Origin: Negaprion brevirostris
Taxonomy: Eukaryota
Reading direction: 5' to 3'
DNA: 64,000 bases
Assembly (NCBI GenBank): GCA_030324005.1
Contig: JARDVH010000163.1
Span: forward strand, 53,941,959-54,005,958
Under the pieces are notes generated by a model. It made no database searches, was not told where the DNA came from, and was given only the letters and a program-made list of their open reading frames with translations. Positions 12,536 to 24,130 of the stretch are shown here, piece by piece (position 1 is the first letter of the stretch; each line of letters begins with the position of its first letter). The translations under genes were made by a program, and so were the position numbers.

Positions 12536-14249
12536 CTGAGATATATTCATGTTGTTTTCGCCTATCTTTAAGAGCAGTGATGAGAAATTTTATAGGGGAG
12601 TGAGGGGGAGGGACAGCACCCAAGTTGCCTTTGAGGCCTAACTCCCATCTACTCGGCTACAGCCTTGGCTACAGGCTACCTTGTGGGTGGGTTATCCCTG
12701 CACATTAGTGGCCTGGCAGGTCTGCCCATTTTCTTTTACACGTTTTAAAGCCACTCCACGGATGCCTCAAGATTGACAACCCCTCTCTCACCCTTCCCAA
12801 TAATGGCAGGCTGCAGCTCTTTCACTGCTGGAGGACCTCCTATTGGCTCTCCAGCTTTGTGAGCCCATCACAATTCTTAATTGGATAGCAACTGCCCTCC
12901 CCACCTCCCCACCCCACCCCGCCTCCCCGCCATCACACCCACCAAAGCCAATAAAGCCATTATCAGGTTACTGCTCCTGACAGCCTTTGGGATCAGGATC
13001 CCCATATGACCACAATGTCAAGGTGGTGACCCAAAGGGACAACCATGCTCTGGCACTCTGCATGTCAGTGATCGTAAATTTGTGAAAAAGTAATGTATTA
13101 TTTCATAATAAAATGAGTGTGATGTAAAAACATAGAGGATCAGAAAAGACACTGCAGTTTATTTTGATGGTCCTAATAACTAATATCCCTTAATTGTTTA
13201 CTCCCTGATCATGAATTTTTAAAAAAACAATAAAATACCCTTTGTATTGTCTAAATTGAATTTTGAAAATAATTTACCAGTTGTGAAATCGATATCTCTG
13301 TTTGATTTTTCAGTAAATATGTATGTTTTTTGTTATTCACTTGTGTGCAATTGTGTGGTGATTTCCATGTGTGTTTCCTTTTCTCTTGGTCACACGAGGT
13401 TCGTCTTGTGACATTTAACAACTTTACAAGGTGGAACTGTAGCACCATCTGGGGATTTGATTTGGTACAGCGTGCAATGGGGAGATTTTTAATACGATAC
13501 ATGAGTGTAATTTATTGCAACACTACATTCAGTGTGGAGGTAGAATGTTTACAACTACATTAAACAGAGTTAGATTTCTCTGTCTGTGAGTCTGGAAGCA
13601 TTAGGCTAAGGTGGCATCTGCATGTGCAACAAACAAACGTAAGTAGGTGATTCTAAAATTAAGCAAAGTTAGTGCTGAAAAAACATTACTCCCTACTTAT
13701 ACCAATTTCTCGAATTACCTGTTTTAACTTTTCATTCCTCAAAATCTGCAAATTAAAGAAATTTATCCTCTGAAATCAATGAAAAAAACACCAGTAGCAC
13801 AGATGAAGAGGGTCTTTCATTTATAGAATGGAACACAGATAATGAACCATTTAGTGAAATGTGTCAGCCTCATGTTACAGCAGATTTCCAATTTGAAATG
13901 TTTCTAATGTCTAATTGCAAACTTCTCTCATTAACTGACCACGATGTAAATCATCTGATAGAATGTTATTTATAGTGAAAGATCAACTTCTAATTATTAG
14001 AGTTTGCATTTGTGTCAACCTTGTGTTTGGTATACTGCAATTAACTGAGCTATACGTTAGGAATTTCACAACATTGTACAACTAACTGATTGGAGAACTA
14101 AAAACCTATGCAGGCTGGCACTATGTGTAAGTTATAGGTTGGGATATTCAGGAGATGGTCTCACATCATTTCCTCTTTGCGTTGGCTGTGGTACTGCAGA
14201 AGTTTTATAAAGTAGTGCCGAAAAGATACTTTTCAAGGATAGTTCTAAT

Positions 14250-14428
14250 CAATTTAATACTTGCATGTAACCATCTGAGTTAGGTAGATTTTTGATAGAC
14301 GAGGGCATCAATGATGTCAGGGGTGCAGACAGGAAAGTGGAGTTGAGATCACAACCAAATCAGCCATGATCTTATTGAATGGCAGAGCACACTTGAAGGG
14401 CCTATTGATCCTGATTCCTATGTTCCTA
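14250..14428 (+). mobile_element. CR1 3' end fragment
   Basis: aaatcagccatgatcttattgaatggcagagcacacttgaagggcc...ttcctatgttcc 3' UTR motif; similar ends at 47270-47365, 49150-49310 and 33135-33213 (minus). Confidence 0.65.
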
Positions 14429-14977
14429 CCTGCTCCATTATTTCCTTAAAATATTTTTTTTACCCAAATTTGAACTTTGTTAAGCAAACATGAATAACTG
14501 TAACCCAGTTAAAATCATATCAGATTTACACTTCAGCAAATTCTGAATAATTGGGAACACAGAGGATAATCAAGTGCATGTTTCTGTTTAATGATACTGG
14601 TTAATACACAATTGTCTCAACTCATCTAATAGGCACAAGAACATATCACCTCCATTCTAATAAGTGACCTGCTGGATCAGTAATTCATGATTTAGATGCA
14701 GATTTTCAACATTTTTTATTCTTACTCAGTCTTAATTCTGTATTATTTGGGTGAAAGAAATGTAAAAGACCGAGAAACAATAAAGCAGAAAATGTAATTT
14801 AGTTGAATTTTTATTTCAGAAGTTACCCAACTGCTAACAAACTAAATGGGTGTTTACACTCAGTATACCTTTTAAGAGTATTAAACATGTATATAATCGT
14901 GTGAATTTTCCAATAATCATTATTTGTTAATGTTTTATATTTGATTGCTTATTTACTTCATACACTGGTACTTATTG

Positions 14978-15250
14978 TAGAGTCATGGAATCCCTACAGT
15001 ACAGAAGGAGGCCATTCGGCCCATTGAGTCAGTACCCATCACAATCCCCCTGATACTAGGGTCAACTGAATATGGCCAATCAACTTAACCCGTACATTTT
15101 TACACTGTGGGAGGAAACCAAAGAGCCAGGAGGAAACCCATGCAAACACAAGAAGAATGTGCAAACTCCACACAGATAGTGACCTGAAGCTAGAATTGAA
15201 CCCAGGTCCATGGCGCTGTGAGGCAGCAATGCCAACCACTGTGCCACCCA
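14978..15250 (-). mobile_element. HE1-type V-SINE
   Basis: Same head, core and tail as 5093-5404. Confidence 0.85.
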
Positions 15251-15404
15251 TTAGAATAATGATTTATTTCTGGAGTAATTTCCATACACTAATGTATTAG
15301 ATAATTACATTTAATGTGGTAGTATATTATTACAGATTGTAATGTCGTCATAATTTTGAATAGACCTCAAATATGAATGGGAAATACCTTATTGTAAAAA
15401 TAAA

Positions 15405-15680
15405 GTATATTTATTATCACAAGTAAGGCTTACATTAACACTGCAATGAAGTTACTGTGAAATTTCCCTAAGACGCCACACTCTGGTGCCTGTTTGGGTT
15501 AATGCACCTAACCAGCACGTCTTTCAAACTGTGGGTGGAAACTGGAGCACCCACAGGAAACCTGAAAACCGCATATACATAGGGAAAACATGGAAACTCC
15601 ATACAGACAGTGACCCAAGCCAGGAATCAAACTCAGGTCCTTGGTGCCATGAGGCAGCAGTGCTAACCACTGTGCCACTG
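15405..15680 (-). mobile_element. V-SINE with HE1 head and an alternative 3' tail
   Basis: HE1 head and core, then on the minus strand cagtaacttcattgcagtgttaatgtaagccttacttgtgataataaa instead of the CR1 tail. Confidence 0.75.
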
Positions 15681-16479
15681 TGGTTTTTACTCAGATGAAA
15701 AATACAGGCACACATTTCATGAAGTTCCTGTACACTTTTGCTACATGGCCTAGAGTGATACTGCTGGTTGTTGGTACAGTTGAACCGTTCCCTGAACATG
15801 CTTACTCAACATGATTACATTCCAACAATATTTAGTGTTTGACCATTGCGGGGATTTCATGGCCGAATTGAGCAAAAGAGAATCTTTAATCGCTTGTGAC
15901 GGTATCACATATTGACTCGTTTTACCTTCCTTCAGGACAGTCTGAGTGTGTAAGTAGGGACAAATGATTAGCTTTCCAGAGCCCCACATTCCTAGTGTGC
16001 AATGAGTCATAGGATTCTGTAGACTCCTTGCTGATCTCATTTGGAACTAAGGTAAGCTTTTCCACTCATTTATGTTCCGTGTTAGTTGTTCAGCATGTAT
16101 CCCAGAGGTTTCCTGAGTTCATTCAGTTGGCCCATAATAATTGGTGAATTGCATGAACTTTTCTGCTTCAAAAGACAACATGGGTAGGGTGGTAGGTTAG
16201 TGAGGTCAAACTGGGAAATAATTAGTCAGTGGCCTGATATGCCATTGCTGGCAGCTTCAATACAGATATTAAGACCAGATATTTGTTTCAGGAGAGTAAT
16301 TAATTCTGGAACATTAATTGTATGCATTTCAGTTGGATTAAGTGGAAAAATGGAGTTTAGGTCAATGATCATGATTTTCCTGAATAACAGAGCAGGCTCA
16401 AGAGGGTATATGCCTTTCTCCTACTCCTCTTTCTCATGTGTACTCCTTTGTGTATTTTAGTTTTCCTCCTACATCCACT

Positions 16480-16614
16480 GAACCAAATTCTCTGGCCGTT
16501 CAAACCTCTCCATTGCTGCCAGTGAGAACGGAGAATTTGCCACTCAGCCAAATCTCCGTTCACTGCAGTGGGACCAGAGCACCCCAGCTGCAGGTGAGGT
16601 CAGAGAATCCAGCC
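16480..16614. mobile_element. ~134-bp MITE, copy 1
   Basis: Ends gagaatccagcc; internal inverted repeat gaacggagaatttg...caaatctccgttc; homologous to 22032-22165 and 27137-27272. Confidence 0.7.
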
Positions 16615-16948
16615 GTCCCTACACCTCCAATGAAAGCTTTTGGGATAATGGGCACAGGGAAGGAATTTGCAGAGTGTTAGAAAATTTGGGGGCACACTTG
16701 GACCATTGTGATTGATTGTCCTGCCATTTGGTCTTTAGCAAGATGAAGGGGAGACACTAGTTGATTCTCCTTTTAGTTGGATAGGAAACCATTTTTATTT
16801 GTCATTCTATTGGAGAATGTGGTAGATTTCCTGCTGCAATGCTTTCTTTCTTGAGGCAAGTCAGGATTTTACTTTCTTATTTAATTAGGTGGTTAACTCA
16901 CTTGACTTTCAAGTAGATATACTTGAACTCAGATTGATAGCTTGCAAA

Positions 16949-19127
16949 TGTAGTGACATGGTAGCTTCTGACTCCGCGTCCTTCCATTACCAAAGCTCCC
17001 CCAACCTAGGTGTCACAGCATTGGATTACAGCCCCAAATTTCTTAGGGGCATATTGAACATTTTTAGAATGGCATGGTTTTTAAAAAAAAATGCAAGACA
17101 TTCAGCAAAAGATGGCTGATGATGTAAAGTGATAACCTTCTAGAAGATTCCTATATCGATTAGAATTGTTTGACTAGTCCTTAAAAAACACGGAATGTCA
17201 CATCTAAAAAGGTGTCAATGCCTGACACTGAAAAGAAGAAATGAAATGCATAAGACTAAACTTTAATCTTCTTCAGTTGTGGAGACAATAGAAACTGATT
17301 TCAGCAGATATCCAAAATGCATCTCTTCTTGAGTTATATCTGAGTGTGGAAATGGTCTGAGCAGCAAGAACATGGACTCTGGGCAAAAGAGTTGCTTGTT
17401 TTCTCCCCCCTTCCTGGAATAAACAGGGAAATCAATTAAAAAGCTAGCTGCAGACTAGTGTGTACTGGTGTTATTGGTGTGATGGTGTGTCAGCGTGTGA
17501 GTGGCACAGAAATAAAAAGAAACAGCAGTCAGTTGCCCTTGTAGTTGCAGGTAAAAGTTTCTCTCTGTAGTTGGAAGAGAAGTCAGCAGGATCCACTTGC
17601 AAAACAAAATTGAGCAGTCTCTTCAGCTAGCTGCAGAACCCAATATCTCCAAACTAACTCCTAAACTGCCAAAGTCAGCTCTACTGGATTCACCCAGTGT
17701 AACAGCTGCAACCTACCTTCATCTACGCTCAGTGACAAATCAAAGGCCGTGTTGCGTATTTTTTTGCACTAGGAAGTTCATTAATTATGCACAAGCAAGT
17801 TTCTCTCTGATTCTCCCAGCCAGCCAGCAGCTGATTCATCCACCCGTCCCCAGCTAATGGGCTCAAAGTTCCTGGTGCCATATTTAAATACCAGTCCAGT
17901 ACCCTCATATCATTGTCTACACCCCACCTGTCTCCACCAGACCATTAGGTTGTCAACAACTCAGAGGGAAAAGGCTAGCAGTCTCAAGAGGAAGTCTGTT
18001 TCTTGGTTCAACCATCATCCCCGCAAGCCGCATTTGGACCTGTACCCATGACACCTGGAGTCTTCGTCCATCTGCTTTCAGTTGGCAACGTGGCATTCCT
18101 TTGACCCCATTGTATGTGAGCTTTTTACACAGCCTTATCAGGATCTATCTTCCCTCATTCTGCCTTCCCTTGCTCATCTTCTTCATCCAACTTCTTGCTC
18201 CTCTGCTTGCCATTATAAGCCCTCACCCTTCCCACCCCCTTGCACTCCTCCTTTGTCTACATTAGGCTACAGCAACACTTCCCCAACCAAACCGTTCCCT
18301 TCCCCACCCTCCCCCACTCCTCACCTTGCACTTCACCAATTCGTCCCCGGTCAAACTTTAGACCTTTCTTGTGGTGGCTGCATGAGTTCCACAGCCAACT
18401 GCTGTCCATATAAACACTGGTATGTGACATCAGGGGCAAGTATCCCCAAAGCACAGGCCCTGTGCTGATCTGGCTCAATGATACACAAGTGTTCATGGGT
18501 CCAGGAGCACTATGCTGTCACTGTCCATGAACGCCAGCTCAGCGGTGAAAGCAGAAACCGGTCTGCCACGGCACAGTGGTGAACAGTGCATCAGAAGCAG
18601 CACAGCACTATAGCAGAAAGTTGTTGCACTCACCCCCATATCTCTGGTGAATTGAGGACTGCCTTGTGCATGTCATTCATTATTAACTAGGTTTGATGCT
18701 GATGTAAAGTCCCACTGGTGTGACCCAAGAGTAAAAGGATGCCAGCAGTCAGCACACATAAGCTGCAAATGTTGTTTGCGCCACTTGCCAGTGGGAAAAG
18801 TGACCCACCATTAACAAGCCTTCAGGAGAATTGCAACGTGGTTTTACTCCAGTGGGTTTCCAATGCTTTGGCTCCTGCGAGTTTCACCATGCCCACATAT
18901 AACAAACCCAATCGTGGGCTGGTTGGGAGAATTCTGTCTTTACCTTTTCCTTGATTAAAGAAAGCTTAGTTAAATTGACTTATTTGAAAAAATTAAATGT
19001 ATTTGAACTGGGGAAAGGAATCTATAGGGGGAAAAGACCCCTGTTAAATTAGCCTTGTTGCAATCAACCGAGGAGGTTGAATAAAGAAGGGGAGCTAGCT
19101 CCTTCCTCCTCAACAGGGAGCATAACA
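16949..19127 (+). mobile_element. Possible LTR-like element interrupted by a DNA-element insertion (~17800-18935)
   Basis: Right part has aataaa and ends ...agcataaca; the inner segment is bounded by gattctcccagcc...ggttgggagaatt. No convincing TSD. Confidence 0.3.
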
Positions 19128-19189
19128 AAATTGGGATCCTGTTCGGGAATTTAGCAAATTAGGTGACCTTGTCCAGTCATAACTCTCAA

Positions 19190-19780
19190 CGTATCAGTTG
19201 AGTGAACCTTCACTGAACTCCTAACACATTTAAAGGTTTTTTTAAATAAGGTGATCAAAACTGTACACAGTAGTCTCGATGTAGTCTCACCAATGTCCTG
19301 TACAACTTATAGCAAAACATTCTTCTTCTTATATTCCATTCCCCTTGCAATGAACAACATTCCATTTGTCATCCTAATCACTTGCTGTACCTACATACTA
19401 ACCTTTTGTGATGCATGCACCAGGACACCCAGACCTTCCGTACCTCCAGAGTTCTGCGATCACTCTCCATTTGAATAGTTTCCTATACTTTCTGCCAAAG
19501 TTCACACTTTCTCACATTATACTCCATCTGACAGATTTTTACCGACCCACTTAACCTATTTATGTCCTTTTGCAGACTATGTCCTCTTCACAACTTGCTT
19601 TCCTACTTATCTTACTCTTTTATCCAAGTCATTGAAATAAACTATAAATGGTAGACGCCGCAACACTGATCCTTGCTGCACTCGACTCCTCACATCTTGC
19701 CAACCCAAAAATGATCCATTTATGCTTACCACTATCGAACCATTGAATCTCAACAGTGCAGAAAAAGGCCATCTTTAAAT
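19190..19780 (-). mobile_element. CR1 LINE fragment (RT region, decayed)
   Basis: Reverse complement of CR1 ORF2 segments (ctgtacacagtagtctcgatgtagtctcacca; gatgcatgcaccaggacacccagacc), homologous to 46330-46860. Confidence 0.7.
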
Positions 19781-22031
19781 TAAAATTAAACACATTTAAA
19801 TTAAAACCAATCATCTACTATCTCAGCAGCCATTTGTTTTTAAGAATATATCCAATTGGACCTGGGGATTTGTTGGCTTTTAGTTCTAATAATTTTCTGT
19901 ACCATTGGTATCAATGCTGTCAGCTGCCATGCACTAAGCTTTGAAAACTGCTCCCTAAAACTCCTACCTCTCCATTTCTTTCTCTTATTGCTCTTAAAAA
20001 ATGTACTTATTCAACCAAACTTTTGATTATCTGTAATAAGATCTCCTATTTTAACTTTAGTTTGATAACACTTCTGCTTCAAGTGCCATGGAATGTTTTA
20101 TTAAAGATGCTTTATGTTTTAATGCAAGTTGTTGCTGTTGTTAGTGAATGTGTTCATGTTATGTGGTATCCACACGGAGAAGACATGATCCTGCAGGTCA
20201 GGATCCAGGTTAGATCCCTGGCTATTTATTTGTAGCTATGCTTAATCAACAGGCATTGGGGAAATGTTTTCTCTGGGATTTCTGGCTGCTTGAATTGTCC
20301 TTCTCAGGGGTTTCTGCATGTAAACATCACTGAGGGTATGACTGAACTGGTGCTTCCCATAGATAACTAGTCTGCAATGGTCACTAAGTTTACATTTGAA
20401 GGTATTTGACAGAGGTGCCAGAAGGCTGTACGACCCACACTTCTGCATCTTCAGAAAATAAGAGCGAATTCCACAAAATAAAATTAGCGAAATCAATCTA
20501 TTACAAAAAAGACAAATGTGTCTGTCTCAATTTTTTCTGGTACCGAAAATAACAAGTTTTTGTCAAACAAATGAGTTTATTGTTAATTTCAGCAAGCTTT
20601 ATAAGTGCCTATGATGTATTTAAGAGGGAGGACACAAATCTACAGTATAGATGAGAACAGAACATATAATTGCAAGAAAACAATTGACAGAGACAACAAG
20701 CTTGGAACTAATTCCAACTTTAAGATATCTAAGCCTCAAGTGAGATTAGTAATTAGAAGGGACATTTGGTTTCCACTGACATAGGACTCAACACGAGAAA
20801 CAAAGCTGCGTTGATTAATTGCTTTGAAAAGGAAATTGTATAAATGACTCATCGGGAGTAGGCTTGGAGATTATAGGGATATGTACGCACTGAGATGATC
20901 AAATACGCCAGAAGATTTAATAGGCCCTGTGCAGCTGGAGTGGGAAAATGCTGTAGAGGATGAAAGGCAAGGTTGAATTGTCAGGGTGAGATAGTTGAAT
21001 ATTCTCATGTTTGCTTGATCTAATTACTTTTACATATCATTTCCTCAAGATGTGAAACAGCTGGAGGACAACCCATGTCTATAAAAAGAACAGGATTATG
21101 TTTAATTTTTACTTTCTTATTTCATAGAGATGGGGTATTTTGGGGTCGTCCTGTATATTCACCAGTTGCTTATGATGGTGGGTTCTTAACCAGAACATGT
21201 ACTTGTTAGAATACTGCCCCTACCATGTAATCTCAAGAATGCCTGTACACATACTTCTGAATCATTTTACCTTCCTATCAGCCTAAGAAACCATTACTTC
21301 TTGCAGGTGGGGACAAAATTAAGAAAGTGGAGATGGAAGGAGAAGGAACACTTAAAAAGGAAGTAGTGGGGAATAAGGCAAGTTGAATTACAAGACTAGA
21401 ACAGCAAGCAGGATCAGCTTCTTCCCATGGTAATGTAGGTTGAATATCTTAATTGAAATGTAATGAGGAATAAAGGAGGACTGATGACCTGGTTCAGGGC
21501 ACGATAAATGGGTATCTTCAGCAGACTTATTCAATCATCAAGGCATTGCAACAGATACCCCTCTATACTGCCACAGTTGCACGAATAACAAGTTTAGCAG
21601 TTGGAAAATAGTGATGTCAGGGGTTATTAGAGAGATGTTGGACAAAGCCAGGGCCTTATGTATTTGCTACTTGGCCAGTAATGTGATTACTGTAACTCAA
21701 GGGTTGGTCTAGTGAAATACAGTGAATTTTTATTCTAGGGGTACAAAAGAGAACCTTAAAAACAGAATATGTAGAAAACTTCAGGAGGGCGAGCCAGGGT
21801 TCAGGCCAAGGATTTGGAGTCAGAGGGGGCAGGTACCTGTTACTGTAATGTTTACCAAAGGTATAAATGGGGAAATGCAAATCTCAATTATACCTTTTAA
21901 ACTAGTGCTCAGATGTTGGAATGTAGTTTCTTGCTTGTGTTGAATAAAATCTAATCACAGTCATCAATAGGATTCAATGTCAAACCATTCGCTATTAAAG
22001 TTTGTCAAAAGAAAAACCTAACAATAACTAT

Positions 22032-22165
22032 GGCTGGATTCTCCGATGTTGTTTGCCCCACTACCACTGCCAGCAAGAACGGAGAACTTGGCACTCAGCC
22101 AAATCTTCAATTATTGTAACAGGACCAGAGAATCCCAGCTGCCAGCGATGTCAGAGAATCCGGCC
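22032..22165. mobile_element. ~134-bp MITE, copy 2
   Basis: TIR ggctggattctc / gagaatccggcc (11 of 12 match) and the same internal palindrome. Confidence 0.75.
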
Positions 22166-23542
22166 TGTGTTTTTCAGAATAATATTCCAAAGTACTCAAG
22201 AAAACATGAAAGTAAAAACTCATTATTTTTATTGACCTTCACCTTGAATTGCAAGTAATGTTTGTTCTAGGGGGAAAAGCTAGAAGTTTATACAAATTAA
22301 TCTGAATGTCCAAGGTACTATGAGTTATCCAGGATGACTAATGAATCAGGCATCAAATAAACCACAAGGATTATCCTGACATCTGCATAGATCAATAAAT
22401 TAACAGAAAAAGATAGCTAAAAACAATTAACACACACAATTCTCAAACTAAAATACACAAATTAAATGATTTTGTATCTGGTGACTCTGATGTCAGGAAT
22501 CCTATAGTTTTAACTCACAGTAACAAATTATCTGTAATGACTTTATTGGCTACACTGCACAAAACAGAAAGGGCATAATTATCCAATCCCAGAAACAGAG
22601 ATAATACCGTGGTTCAGAACATTCTTCTTCCTATGCCTATTTGAACAGATCCAGAAATACNNNNNNNNNNNNNNNNNNNNNNNNNNNNNNNNNNNNNNNN
22701 NNNNNNNNNNNNNNNNNNNNNNNNNNNNNNNNNNNNNNNNNNNNNNNNNNNNNNNNNNNNNNNNNNNNNNNNNNNNNNNNNNNNNNNNNNNNNNNNNNNN
22801 NNNNNNNNNNNNNNNNNNNNNNNNNNNNNNNNNNNNNNNNNNNNNNNNNNNNNNNNNNNNNNNNNNNNNNNNNNNNNNNNNNNNNNNNNNNNNNNNNNNN
22901 NNNNNNNNNNNNNNNNNNNNNNNNNNNNNNNNNNNNNNNNNNNNNNNNNNNNNNNNNNNNNNNNNNNNNNNNNNNNNNNNNNNNNNNNNNNNNNNNNNNN
23001 NNNNNNNNNNNNNNNNNNNNNNNNNNNNNNNNNNNNNNNNNNNNNNNNNNNNNNNNNNNNNNNNNNNNNNNNNNNNNNNNNNNNNNNNNNNNNNNNNNNN
23101 NNNNNNNNNNNNNNNNNNNNNNNNNNNNNNNNNNNNNNNNNNNNNNNNNNNNNNNNNNNNNNNNNNNNNNNNNNNNNNNNNNNNNNNNNNNNNNNNNNNN
23201 NNNNNNNNNNNNNNNNNNNNNNNNNNNNNNNNNNNNNNNNNNNNNNNNNNNNNNNNNNNNNNNNNNNNNNNNNNNNNNNNNNNNNNNNNNNNNNNNNNNN
23301 NNNNNNNNNNNNNNNNNNNNNNNNNNNNNNNNNNNNNNNNNNNNNNNNNNNNNNNNNNNNNNNNNNNNNNNNNNNNNNNNNNNNNNNNNNNNNNNNNNNN
23401 NNNNNNNNNNNNNNNNNNNNNNNNNNNNNNNNNNNNNNNNNNNNNNNNNNNNNNNNNNNNNNNNNNNNNNNNNNNNNNNNNNNNNNNNNNNNNNNNNNNN
23501 NNNNNNNNNNNNNNNNNNNNNNNNNNNNNNNNNNNNNNNNNN

Positions 23543-23680
23543 TGCACATCTTTGGACTGTGGGAGGAAACCCACGCAGACATGGAGAGAACATAAAATCT
23601 CCACATTGACAGTCACCCAAGGCTGGAATTGAACTCGGGCCCCAGGTGTTGTGATGCAGCAATTCTAACCACTGTGCCAC
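23543..23680 (-). mobile_element. HE1-type V-SINE, 5' half (rest in gap)
   Basis: Reverse complement of gtggcacagtggttagaattgctgc...gggtttcctcccacagtccaaagatgtgc. Confidence 0.8.
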
Positions 23681-23884
23681 ATCAGAATTTAAACATTTTC
23701 TACTGCCAGTGCCCTTATTATAATCTCATTTATGCCACAACATGCATTCTTATTTTCTTCTTCAAAGGTATAGCACAAGGTTATAATAGTTCATTTAAAT
23801 GATTCTTCATTTTACAATATGATATAATATTCCACTTGCATAATTTCATGCATTAATACTATTTCAGAAATAAAAGCAATCTTC

Positions 23885-24130
23885 CAGGGACTCTGGTTTG
23901 ACTCCCTGCTTCGGCCACTGTGTGTGTGGAGTTTGCACATTCTCCCTGTGTCTGCATGGGTTTCCTCCCACAGCCCAAAGATGTGCTGGTTAGGTGCACT
24001 GGCCATTTTAAATTCTCCCTCAGTGTACCAGAACAGGCACCGGAGTGTGGCGACTAGGAGATTTTCACAATAACTTCATTACAGTGTGAATGTAAGCCTT
24101 CTTGTGAATAACAAATAAGCTGTAAACTTC
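23885..24130 (+). mobile_element. V-SINE with alternative tail (same subfamily as 15405-15680)
   Basis: gtgtggagtttgcacattctcc core, then ggagtgtggcgactaggagattttcacaataacttcattacagtgtgaatgtaagccttcttgtga. Confidence 0.75.

Noticed and set aside
22579-23680. Long ORFs of 320-347 aa (also 31023-31565, 60375-61196 and 61844-62494)
   Set aside because: Artifacts of translation through N gaps.
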